Positions 19,001-27,439 of a DNA stretch of 64,000 bases are shown one piece after another; within the stretch, counting starts at the first letter, position 1, and every line of letters starts with the position of its first letter. Under the pieces are notes generated by a model. It searched no databases. It was not told the DNA's origin and saw only the letters and a list, made by a program, of their open reading frames with translations. The position numbers and the translations under genes were made by a program. The stretch comes from an uncultured bacterium (lineage in GTDB: Bacteria > Zhuqueibacterota > QNDG01 > DTFT01): positions 352,001-416,000 of the forward strand of contig CAVTNR010000012.1 of the NCBI GenBank assembly GCA_963736115.1, written 5' to 3'.

Positions 19001-20628
19001 ACTTCCACGTCCGGAACCGGCCGGCCCGAGGCGACGTACCGGAACGCGCCCGAAACCGCGAGATCGCCGAAATACTGCACGCCGTCCTGCTCACGGACGT
19101 CGTAGAACAGGCCTGCGGGGATTCCCATGATTTTCTGCACCGCGCCGCTCGGCCAGTGGACGATCAGCGTGTCCACCCTCGCTGCGTTTCCCAGTCCGAA
19201 ATGCACGGTGAAACTGTTGACCTTGTAACCCTCCCCGCCCGTCACCTGCCGCATCTGGCGCCGGCCGTCCGAGAACACTTCGAGACGCGCACCCACGCCG
19301 GACCGGTTGCTCCGCACGCCCGTGAGGCGGAACTGGATCCAGTTGAGGCTTCCCCCGGTGTTCCGGTACAGGGACGCGAACTGCGCAGGGACGTACGGGT
19401 TGAGGCTTCTGCCCATGTAGATGTCGACATACCCGTCATGGTTGTAGTCCGCGACCGGCGCGGACCAGTACCAGCGGTACGCGCCTTCGTCGATCCCCGC
19501 GCGGTAGGCCATGTCCGCGAACTTGCCGTTTCCCCAGTTCCGCAGGAGCGCGGCGTCGCCGCCCCACTCGTTGATGGACAGGATGTCCGTCCATCCGTCA
19601 TTGTCGAAGTCCGCGGCCGTGAGCCCGCCTCCGAACACATTGTCGAGGTGGTACCAGCCCAGGTTCAAGCCGATGCCCGCCTGCTCGGTGACGTCCGTGA
19701 ATGTGCCGTCGCCGTCGTTGCGGAACAACCGGCCGAACACATTGCCCGGATTGTCCGCGAACTCGCGCTTGAGGAACAGATCCCACCATCCGTCATTGTC
19801 GTAGTCGAGAAACAGGGCGCCGAGACAGCGGGTGTCGGAGGGGAGGCCCCGGTCGGCGGTGCGCTCGGTGAAGGCGCCGTTTCCGTTGTTGGACAGGAAA
19901 ACCGAAGGCGCGTCGTATCCCGGCGCGTAGATGTCGACGAAACCGTCGTTGTCCACGTCCGCGGCCGCGAATCCGTACTTGTTCTCGGGCGTGGGCCTGT
20001 AGTCCCAGATGCCGGCTTCCCGCGTCTTTTCCTCGAATCCGCCCCGGCCGTTGTTCATGAACACGAGAAACCGGGGGTCGTAGGCGAGGTTCTCCGGCCA
20101 GGTGTCACGGGTCGCGAACAGGTCGACGAACCCGTCGTTGTCGATGTCCATGAAGGCGAGGTTCCGGGCGCGGATCGTCATGCCTTGCGGATCATAGACG
20201 CGGTCCACGTCTCCGAAGGTCCCGTTCCCCCGGTTCTCGTAAAAGAGGATCCGGTTGTACTTGCCCATGGCCACGGTCATGTCCATGTCGCCGTCATTGT
20301 CGAAATCCGCGGCCGCCAGGCCCTGGGCGCTGGACCGGTCGTATCCCCTCGTCTCGGACGCACCCGTGACGTTGATGAAAGCGCCGTTGCCCTTGTTCCT
20401 CAGCAGAGAGTGATCGGTGTCGGCCTGGCCCGTGCTGTAGTTGTGGATGACGTAGATATCGTCCCATCCGTCCCCGTTAGTGTCGAAAAATCCGGAGCCG
20501 TGTGTGTTGCACAGCACCTGGGTGCCGGAGGCAACTCCGACGTCGTTGAACGACGCCTGGCCGAAGGCGGAAGCGGTCAGGCCGAACGCCAGCAGGACGA
20601 GGCATGCATGCCGGGAGTGTCGGGACAT
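16081..20628 (-). CDS. Large secreted FG-GAP + ASPIC/UnbV + 3x(beta-sandwich/dockerin-like + cohesin-like) + FlgD-Ig protein (paralogue 4)
   Basis: ATG 20628 with GAGGAGG upstream; three ~290-aa repeats each with (T/N)AxDAA..AAD.xxxG.I...EWRF.P...GDASGN; YPNPFNP tail. Confidence 0.88.
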   Translation of the reverse strand: MSRHSRHACLVLLAFGLTASAFGQASFNDVGVASGTQVLCNTHGSGFFDTNGDGWDDIYVIHNYSTGQADTDHSLLRNKGNGAFINVTGASETRGYDRSSAQGLAAADFDNDGDMDMTVAMGKYNRILFYENRGNGTFGDVDRVYDPQGMTIRARNLAFMDIDNDGFVDLFATRDTWPENLAYDPRFLVFMNNGRGGFEEKTREAGIWDYRPTPENKYGFAAADVDNDGFVDIYAPGYDAPSVFLSNNGNGAFTERTADRGLPSDTRCLGALFLDYDNDGWWDLFLKREFADNPGNVFGRLFRNDGDGTFTDVTEQAGIGLNLGWYHLDNVFGGGLTAADFDNDGWTDILSINEWGGDAALLRNWGNGKFADMAYRAGIDEGAYRWYWSAPVADYNHDGYVDIYMGRSLNPYVPAQFASLYRNTGGSLNWIQFRLTGVRSNRSGVGARLEVFSDGRRQMRQVTGGEGYKVNSFTVHFGLGNAARVDTLIVHWPSGAVQKIMGIPAGLFYDVREQDGVQYFGDLAVSGAFRYVASGRPVPDVEVRRDGPPVSVRSDATGEYAFRPILYNEPALVIRPGKTGGVPVEEGVLTAYDAALMLRHAAGSAIPQALQAAADADGNGTINSLDAAAAARVSAGLAPAAGVRISEWRFSPASRSYSNVIASVAGQDFTALLSGDASGNWGADPSDAASGGIVPEAVALYRNTGLFDVTLNVPDIQNAYSADIRLETNSSALEFVRADKASSISDFNLVTNSETPGRLAFALYGTRPLSPGSAFLTLKFRMLQFPEPASALTWTRLAFNEVRYGTATTAVNGVDLTVSGVVTYAGTATGVSGAVIGSAGLLNPDAVTGASGDFRTGWIPYGAPNLVLTPSKPAGADVPPGAVNAFDAACILRHAAGSAVLPLALQAAADVNADGRIDTTDAALVAAFSAGCESGSVPSIGEWRFTPVSRTFSAITHSHTGQDFEAALSGDASGNGWRQADTADAAVVFPDSVVAERFKQTVAVPVGTGDRTDLRSANCFFEYDTTALAFLSAIPSSEAAGCRVLASETVRGRVGVALYSEDPVPASGALFTVSFRMLRYPIPPTVIEWTGLILNENPVRAGRSVVTGRDLSIQGNSRYAGTGDPVAGVSVEARGPLADTVATDAAGFYQLAPLPYGVSDLEVLPFKAAWEGVGAAAVTALDAAEVMRHLSGDALPAERRTAADADGNGLIEPADADRIAAWTVGSADASTIPLGEWRFIPDQRIYPELRRSHYSEDYTAIVIGDASGNWNRRPDSLDAAGLFPDALTADSGDVVLEAALSAPAGFGFSSASLEVNYDTSAVSFVEAIQADSMDVLAMACREPEKGRIRAALYSGRPKARSGPFMILRFAPKLDGPERSGLEWSGLAFDDHPAAGGITAVRIIRPDTTSHDTTALRPARNSGPSSFGVSAVYPNPFNPAVTILFGLDKTGPVSIRVLDAYGRETAVLFEGRKSAGEFRIEWDGRDGSGMEAPSGLYVIRMTAGDRTSFRKAVKIR

Positions 20629-20686
20629 CGCCTTTCGACCTCCTCGTTTATCCGTTTTCCGCATCAATTCGTGTCCCATTTTTATC

Positions 20687-21538
20687 CTAAATATTCAGCA
20701 ACGGGAACTCGGAATACAAATTGTCCACATCCCCGGCTTCGAGATCCGCTGAACGAAACAGCCTCGGCCGTTTCAGCGCCAGCCGGAAGGAACCCGGAAT
20801 CCGCACTCCCTTCAGCATCCTCTCGTCCGCGTACAGGGACGTGACGCGGAGACTCAGGCACAGCTTCGCGACCGCGCGTCCGGAACACCGGCTGAATACC
20901 TCCGGATTTCCGAGGTGGTGGATCGAGCCGAGCCAGAACGGCTTTTTCCTCCGGACCATGCGGCTGATCACGCAGAAACAGCGTCCCCCTCCGGATGTGA
21001 TCAGAAAGCCATGGCATCCGGGAAACCGGTGATCGTCCCTGAGCCTGCGCTCCTCCGGAGTCAGAATGTCCTCCTCCCCTTCGTCCGCCTCGGTCACCCG
21101 GCACGCAGGCCCGGAGGGAAAACGGGGCATGAGCACGGATGTGCCGGTTTCCAGTTCACGGAACCCGGCTTTCAGCAGAAGCCCGGACACTTCGGCCGAG
21201 GGCGTGAGATCCACAATGTCCGTTCCCTTTTCCTTCAGCAGGGGCAGGAGCATGAATACACTCCGGCCCCGGAACGGTTCCCGCACGATCCAGCTGGTCA
21301 GGCTGCAACTCCTGCGCTCCCGGCCGGCCAGAACACGACGGCTGAATAAAGCGCCCAGGAATCCCACGGGGCTCTCGCCATCCAGCATCAAGGTGCCGCA
21401 AAACGGCTCTCCGGATCGGAACGGATCAGTGAAGATCAGGCGCCAGCCTTCGTCCGCCACATAGGGGTTGCGGAATTCCCTCAACAGGGGGAGCGCGGCG
21501 TCGAAATCAGCCGGCCCCGCGTTCCGCACGGTCACCAA
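20687..21538 (-). CDS. GNAT-fold acyltransferase-like protein
   Basis: VTVRNAGPADF start and VGFLG...SWIVREPFRG acyl-CoA-binding-like motif; overlaps the decarboxylase stop. Confidence 0.6.
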   Translation of the reverse strand: MVTVRNAGPADFDAALPLLREFRNPYVADEGWRLIFTDPFRSGEPFCGTLMLDGESPVGFLGALFSRRVLAGRERRSCSLTSWIVREPFRGRSVFMLLPLLKEKGTDIVDLTPSAEVSGLLLKAGFRELETGTSVLMPRFPSGPACRVTEADEGEEDILTPEERRLRDDHRFPGCHGFLITSGGGRCFCVISRMVRRKKPFWLGSIHHLGNPEVFSRCSGRAVAKLCLSLRVTSLYADERMLKGVRIPGSFRLALKRPRLFRSADLEAGDVDNLYSEFPLLNI

Positions 21539-22821
21539 GCCGCGGCTCCGGATTCCGTGAGCCGGTCCAGGCGGCGCACCGTTCCGTCCGGGTCCGCGGC
21601 ATATTCGTCCGGCCGCGGGTGGGACAGGAACAGGAGCGGGCTGGCGGAGTACGCGTACGCCCCGGAGTTGAATATCCCGATCCAGTCGCCGATTTCGGGT
21701 TTCGCGAGCCGGATCCGGTCTCCCATGACGTCGATCGACGTGCAGAGCGGCCCGACGGCCGTCACTTCAACCGTCTCCGCGTCAGCCGGTTTCGACAGGT
21801 TGCGAGCCCTGAAATTCTTCCGTATGACCTGCCCGAAATTGCCGCTGGCCGCGAGGTGATGGTTCATTCCGCCCTCGAGCACGACATAGTCGCGGCCGCG
21901 CGACGATTTTACGTCCACGACGGCCGCTGCGTACAGGCCGGACTGGGCCGTGAGCCAGCGGCCGAGCTCGATGATCGCGGCCGGCGCATCCGCCGGGTTG
22001 AGCTCCTTTTTCAGGCCGGCCCATTCCGCGTTCAGCGCCGCGCATGCGGATGTGGCGTCGAGTTCCGCCTGTCCCTCATGATAAGGGACGCCGAATCCGC
22101 CGCCGAAATTCACGATGCGCAGGAGCGGGGCCATGCCTCCGGCCAGGGTCCTGCGGACGATGTCCGCCGTGTGTTTGAAATTCGCGGCCAGAGCCTCCGC
22201 ATTCAGGCACTGGGTGCCCGCGTAGACGTGAATGCCCCTCGGCCGCACATGGGGCATGCGGCTGAACAGGTCCAGGATTTCCGGCAGGCGTTCCTCGTCC
22301 GTGCCGAAGGCCGAGGATTTGCCGCCCATCTTGATCGCGAATTCCCGAATCAGCAGGGAGGGATTGACGCGCACGGACGCGTCCGCGATCCTGCTCTCCG
22401 CGGAGGCCGCGGCCTCGAGTCGTTTGAGCTCGTTCGGCGATTCGACGCTGAGGCCGCCGATTCCGGCCCGGACCGCGAAGCGGAGTTCGGCGTCCGTCTT
22501 GCCCGGACCCGCGAAATGGATGCGTTCGGGTTTGAACCCGGCTTTCAGCGCTGCCGCCAGCTCGCCCCCGGAGGACACATCCGCGCCGTCCGTCCAGGCG
22601 GCCATGGCACCGAGCAGGTCCGGATTCGGATTGGCCTTGACCGCGTAATAGACGAGTATGGAAGGATCGAGCAGATTCCGGAGCCGCGCCGCGCGCTCCC
22701 GGATCAGGCCCAGATCGTACAGATAGAAGGGCCTTTCAGCGGAAGCAAGCAGCCCGGCGAAAGCGTCCGTTTCCCAGAACGGGATCCGGCCCGTTGCCGG
22801 TTCAGGATTTCCGTTTCGCAT
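21532..22821 (-). CDS. Fold-type III PLP-dependent decarboxylase (LysA/BtrK-like)
   Basis: YYAVKANP (PLP lysine), FAGPGK, HVYAGTQ, NFGGGFG, ELGR, GPLCTSID, GAY. Confidence 0.9.
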   Translation of the reverse strand: MRNGNPEPATGRIPFWETDAFAGLLASAERPFYLYDLGLIRERAARLRNLLDPSILVYYAVKANPNPDLLGAMAAWTDGADVSSGGELAAALKAGFKPERIHFAGPGKTDAELRFAVRAGIGGLSVESPNELKRLEAAASAESRIADASVRVNPSLLIREFAIKMGGKSSAFGTDEERLPEILDLFSRMPHVRPRGIHVYAGTQCLNAEALAANFKHTADIVRRTLAGGMAPLLRIVNFGGGFGVPYHEGQAELDATSACAALNAEWAGLKKELNPADAPAAIIELGRWLTAQSGLYAAAVVDVKSSRGRDYVVLEGGMNHHLAASGNFGQVIRKNFRARNLSKPADAETVEVTAVGPLCTSIDVMGDRIRLAKPEIGDWIGIFNSGAYAYSASPLLFLSHPRPDEYAADPDGTVRRLDRLTESGAAAW

Positions 22822-24457
22822 CCGAATGCTCCCTGACGGTCCGCGTGCGGTCGATCTTCCCGTTCGCGGTCAGCGGGAAGGCGGACAGCACGACCACGTC
22901 GTCCGGCACCAGGTAGAAGGGGAAATTCCGTTTACAGTGGCCGATCACGGTTTCAGCCGTTGCGGCCGGCGAGGACAGGGTCATGAAAACGCGGAGCCTG
23001 ATTTCGTCCTCCTCCTCGTATGCCGCGGCCACGCATTCCGCGACGCCCGGTATGGCCGTGACGCGCTCCTCCACCTCGGTCGGGCTGACGCGGTATCCCT
23101 TGGTCTTGATCATGGCATCGCGCCGGCCCACGTAATACAGAAAACCTTCGGCGTCGCGCTTCACGATGTCGCCGGAGAAAACCACGGTTTCCAGGTGGCG
23201 GTTGGACGGATCGAGCAGGGGATTCGGACGAAACACTTCGGCCGTCTTTTCCGGATTGTTCCAGTATCCGCGGGTGATGAGGGCTCCGCGGTGCACGAGT
23301 TCTCCCTCTTCGTCCGGGCCGCATTCGCGTCCCTGTCCGTCCACCACGAAAACCTCGACACCGGGGATTGCCTTGCCGATCGAATCCGGCCTGCGGTCGA
23401 TCTGGTCCGGATCCAGAAAGGTGGAGCGGAAGGCCTCCGTGAGGCCGTACATGAGGAAGATCCGGGTGCGTGGGAAAAGGCCGCGCAGTTTTCCGACCAC
23501 GGGCACCGGCACCTTGCCGCCCGAATTCGTGATCACCCGGAGGCGCGAGAAATCATGCGGCTTGGACGTGTCGCAGAGTCTGGGGTTGAAAATCTTGAGC
23601 CATACGGGCGGCATGCCGGCGAACACTGTGATCGCCCGGGTCTCGAGCGTTCGGAGCAGGTCGTTCGGCATGAAGAACTGGTGCAGAACAAAAGTGCCGC
23701 CGAGCAGAACCGCGTCCATGAGCTGGTTGAACCCGTAGTCGAAGTTGAGGGGAAGCAGGCCGAGAATCCGGTCCTCCCCGGACAGGCCGGTGTACGCGCT
23801 CACGATTTTCGCGCCGTCAATTGAATTGCGGTGCGTCACCACGATGCCCTTGGGCAGTCCGGTGGAGCCGGAAGTGTAGATGATGTGCGAAACGTCGTCC
23901 GTGATCCGTCCCGGTTCGACTGCCGCGGCCGGCATGGCCTCGGGCCTGAAGGCGCGGTTGAACGCTGCGTCCGGGCCGCAGTTCGCGTGTCCGGGGTCCC
24001 GCTTGCCGCCGCCCGGGGAACCGGGGTTCTCTGCCCCGCCGCCGAAGGTCACCGCGCCCGCAACACCCGCTTCCATCCACCGGTCCGGTGTAATGCGGTC
24101 CCGGCCGCGTCCGTTCGGCATCAGCATGTCCTGCGAGACGGCCAAAGTCCGGATGCCGCAGTCCTTCACGATGTGCAGCACCTGGTCCTCGGCCAGAATG
24201 GGGTTGAGGAGCACCACCACGCCGCCCGCCATCCAGACACCGAACATGGCCAGGACCTGATCGATGGTCTTGTCCATGTAAATGCCCGCGGGAGCGCCCG
24301 GCTCCAGTCCGGCTTCGATGAGCGCGGCTGCCGTGCGCCTGGCCCCTTCGACCGTTGCCGCATAGGACAATGTCCGCCCCGGCTCCTCGAGGCAGGGCTT
24401 GTCCGGAAAGCGGCTTGCGCTGTCCTCCAGGAGATGATGGTTCAGCCAGGGTCTCAT
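22802..24457 (-). CDS. AMP-forming acyl/aminoacyl ligase (adenylation enzyme)
   Basis: IIYTSGSTGLPKG, MYGLTEAFRS, SGD, GRRD.MIK..GYRVSPTEVE, TANGKIDR. Confidence 0.92.
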   Translation of the reverse strand: MRPWLNHHLLEDSASRFPDKPCLEEPGRTLSYAATVEGARRTAAALIEAGLEPGAPAGIYMDKTIDQVLAMFGVWMAGGVVVLLNPILAEDQVLHIVKDCGIRTLAVSQDMLMPNGRGRDRITPDRWMEAGVAGAVTFGGGAENPGSPGGGKRDPGHANCGPDAAFNRAFRPEAMPAAAVEPGRITDDVSHIIYTSGSTGLPKGIVVTHRNSIDGAKIVSAYTGLSGEDRILGLLPLNFDYGFNQLMDAVLLGGTFVLHQFFMPNDLLRTLETRAITVFAGMPPVWLKIFNPRLCDTSKPHDFSRLRVITNSGGKVPVPVVGKLRGLFPRTRIFLMYGLTEAFRSTFLDPDQIDRRPDSIGKAIPGVEVFVVDGQGRECGPDEEGELVHRGALITRGYWNNPEKTAEVFRPNPLLDPSNRHLETVVFSGDIVKRDAEGFLYYVGRRDAMIKTKGYRVSPTEVEERVTAIPGVAECVAAAYEEEDEIRLRVFMTLSSPAATAETVIGHCKRNFPFYLVPDDVVVLSAFPLTANGKIDRTRTVREHSDAKRKS

Positions 24458-24705
24458 CCGTCCGTCCGCATGTTCCGGAGTACCAGGTCGGCCACGGATT
24501 GGATCGTGGAAAACTGGGCTTCAGTAACGTCTTCAATGGCAATGGCCGCCCCAAACCGGGTCTCCAGGAATGTCAGAAATTCGACCACCCCGAACGAATC
24601 CAGCGCGCCCTTGTCGAACAGGTTGTCCGAGTCCGAGGGCTCGAATCCGACCGTGGTTTTGAAATGACCACGAAGTTCCTGCCTGATTTCTTGAATATTC
24701 GGCAT
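24454..24705 (-). CDS. Acyl carrier protein
   Basis: ~83 aa, acidic; LFDKGALDSF phosphopantetheine serine motif; ATGA overlap with the ligase. Confidence 0.88.
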   Translation of the reverse strand: MPNIQEIRQELRGHFKTTVGFEPSDSDNLFDKGALDSFGVVEFLTFLETRFGAAIAIEDVTEAQFSTIQSVADLVLRNMRTDG

Positions 24706-24790
24706 GACAGCCCTTTTTATTACGGATTGGACCATTTTACGGATAGATCAATCACTTGCCGCCTAACTAATTGAAAATATAGCAAATTCT

Positions 24791-26281
24791 TCACTTTTTG
24801 GCAATCCGAAACAGCTTTCCCGCCTTCCCTGCCAGGCTTTTCCGGAACCATTCCAACTCGCTCCTGTCAAAAAGGCCGAACGCCGTGATCAGAACGGCGT
24901 ATAGGGGAAGCAGTATCGTGCATTGAATCACAGGATGGGCCCCTTTTATAAGCAAATATACAGGGGCCATCAAAGTCAATGCAGCAAAAGGTTTGCCGAG
25001 TACTGCGAGCTGGGAACGAACGACGAATCCGGCCTTTTCAAGAATTCTCCAATACAGGATGACGATGAAAACATCCGTCAAGGCCGTAGCCGCGGCCGCG
25101 CCGATAATGCCGTATCGCCGTATGAGAATGATATTGACCGCGATGTTGAAAACGCTCCTGACCGCGGACGCGGCGATCTCGCGCGTCTGCAGATTCACCG
25201 CGATCAGTGTATTGCCGAAGAGGTAGCGGAGATAAGCCGGGACCACGGCCAGGCCGAGCACCGCGAGCGCGGCGCCGCCCTCCCGGTAGTCCGGACCGAA
25301 CCAACTCATCACGGTTCCGGCCATCAGCACCGTTCCCACGGCCACGGCGAATGCCGCGGCCGTCAGGTACCGGATCGCGCGGCCGAGCAGGGTCCGGACC
25401 AGGTCCTTGGACACGAGAGTACGACCCGCGATTTCTGGATAGGTCGCCTCGGTGAGCACATTCGGCACCAGCCAGAGACTTTCCAGAATTTTGCGGGCGA
25501 CGCCGTAAACGCCGGCCGGTCCGAAACCGATGGTCAGCAGGGACACCAGCACGGTGTCGATGTAGTCGTACACGCGCCAGAGCGCGGACTGGGCCACGTA
25601 TATCCACGATTCCGAAAGCAGGGAAGCCGACACTTTCACGCTCGGCCGGCTGTATCCGTCCGGGCAGAGACGCCGGACCGCGAAAAACAGCCAGATAAAA
25701 CTGATCAGGCGCGAGCCCGCGAACACCCAGGCCGCGGCGAAAACGCCCCGCCCCGACACCAGCAGGCCGCCGCCGATGACGAGCAGGACCACGCGCTCCG
25801 CGTTCATGGCCACGGTGTCGTGGTGAAATCCGCCGAGCGCCTTGACCGCCGCGCGGAGCGTCAACGTATAGCTCTTCAGGGATTCGGCCGCGAACACCAC
25901 GAGCAGAAGCAGACGGAACGACAACGTGTACTTTTCGCGGAACACCAGGGCCGCGCCGTAGCACAGTCCCAGCGTCAGGACCGTGAGCCCCGCCTGGAGC
26001 CAGAGCGCGTTCGAGACGAAAACGCCGGCCTCCCGCGGCCGCCGGACAATGACCTTGGTGATCGAGTATGAAAAACCGAACAGAATCAGCATCGCGAACA
26101 GGCCGGTGAAGCCCATGGCGGTGTTGAACTGGCCCCAGACATCCTTGCCGAGCCGGTTGGCCGCGAGAAAAAAGAAGGCGGCCGTGAACAGCATGCTCAG
26201 TTCCGAGAAGGCGCTGAACACGGTGTTCCAGACAATGCGCCGCGGCGGGGAAACCCGTCCCGTGGTCCCGGCATCGCTCAC
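24791..26281 (-). CDS. wzx: Wzx-type polysaccharide flippase
   Basis: 496 aa multi-pass membrane protein; RIVWN...RLG...WG, IDTVLV, LIRRYGIIGAAAAT. Confidence 0.85.
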   Translation of the reverse strand: MSDAGTTGRVSPPRRIVWNTVFSAFSELSMLFTAAFFFLAANRLGKDVWGQFNTAMGFTGLFAMLILFGFSYSITKVIVRRPREAGVFVSNALWLQAGLTVLTLGLCYGAALVFREKYTLSFRLLLLVVFAAESLKSYTLTLRAAVKALGGFHHDTVAMNAERVVLLVIGGGLLVSGRGVFAAAWVFAGSRLISFIWLFFAVRRLCPDGYSRPSVKVSASLLSESWIYVAQSALWRVYDYIDTVLVSLLTIGFGPAGVYGVARKILESLWLVPNVLTEATYPEIAGRTLVSKDLVRTLLGRAIRYLTAAAFAVAVGTVLMAGTVMSWFGPDYREGGAALAVLGLAVVPAYLRYLFGNTLIAVNLQTREIAASAVRSVFNIAVNIILIRRYGIIGAAAATALTDVFIVILYWRILEKAGFVVRSQLAVLGKPFAALTLMAPVYLLIKGAHPVIQCTILLPLYAVLITAFGLFDRSELEWFRKSLAGKAGKLFRIAKK

Positions 26282-27439
26282 GCGTCCCTCCTTCGGCTCT
26301 CAAGCAGGGACTCGAAACCACGGACCATGCGTTCGACCGAAAACTGTTCGACCGCGGTCCTGCGGCCGGCAGTCGGAAAGCCGCGAGGCAAGGCGCTTGT
26401 CCCGGAGGATCCGGATCAGGGCCGCGGCCAGGCCACCGGCATCGTCCGGATCGAAGAGAAGCCCGTTCTCTCCGTCGCGGATGATTTCGGGTATGCCGCC
26501 GACAGCGGGCGCGGCCACGGGCACGCCCGCGGCCATCATCTCGATGAGCGCGATGCCGTGCGTTTCCATGTGCGAGCAGAGCAGGCCCGCGTCGAGAAGG
26601 GGAATCAGGTCCCGCACGTCGCTGCGGTATCCCAAAAAGCGGACCGCGGATGAAACCCCGAACGATTCCGCCAGGGCCCGGAGTTCGGACTTGAGCGGTC
26701 CCTCACCGATGAGCAGGAAACGCGCACGGGGCACGGCCTTGAGGACAATAGGCACAGCCTCGAGCAGAAGCCTGTGGTTTTTCACCGGAACCAGGTTGGC
26801 GGTGATGCCGACCAGCCTGTCCCCCGGGCCGAAGCCGAGGCTTGCGGCCAGGCCGGGTTTCGGCCGGACGGACCGGAACCGCGACAGGTCGATGCCGTTG
26901 GGAATCACATCGATGCGTCCGGGCCGTACGCCGAGGCCGCGGATGATGGCCGCTTTGAGGAAAGCGGACGGAACCACGATGCGGTCCGTGTCTTTCAGAA
27001 GCAGGCGATCCGCCGGCCTGAGCGGCGCGGGATAAAGGCCTTCGAGCACCGTGTCCTGGGCGCGACTGACGGCCGGAACGCCCGCCAGCCGCGCCGCGGC
27101 CGGACCCGCGAAAGTGCCCGGACCGAGGGCGAAGTAGAGCATGACATCCGGCCGCATGCGGCGGAGCGTCAAAGCCGATCGCGCGATTGCGGAGAGGTCG
27201 AAGCGCCCCCGCATGGCGATTTCCACGGTTTCGATTCCCGGCCATTGAAAAAAGGCCCGCTGTCGGACGCGGACGGCTTCGTCCGTGCGGCGGGCCTTGT
27301 AACCCGGGTAGAGGAGGATGACGGACGGCTGAACGCGCCTGCGGTCCAGGTGCCGCATCAGGTGATCCAGTTTAGTCTCGAATCCCCCGATGTCGTGGCA
27401 CGCGACCAGAAAAGCGGCCCGTACGGGCCTGCGGTTCAC
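26278..27439 (-). CDS. GT4 glycosyltransferase with a probable +1 frameshift near the 3' end
   Basis: IPNGID, PVKNH, ETHGIALIEMMAAG, VGGIPE; deleting one G at 26375-26376 gives ..AGRRTAVEQFSVERMV.. ending in a GTGA overlap with wzx. Confidence 0.85.

Noticed and set aside
6578-20628. Cellulosome or polysaccharide-degradation locus
   Set aside because: No glycoside hydrolase, lyase or CBM domain is recognisable, and the context is biosynthetic.
20687-24705. NRPS/PKS cluster, or housekeeping lysA
   Set aside because: No condensation, ketosynthase or thioesterase domains; the decarboxylase motifs and coupling to ACP/ligase point to a tailoring role.
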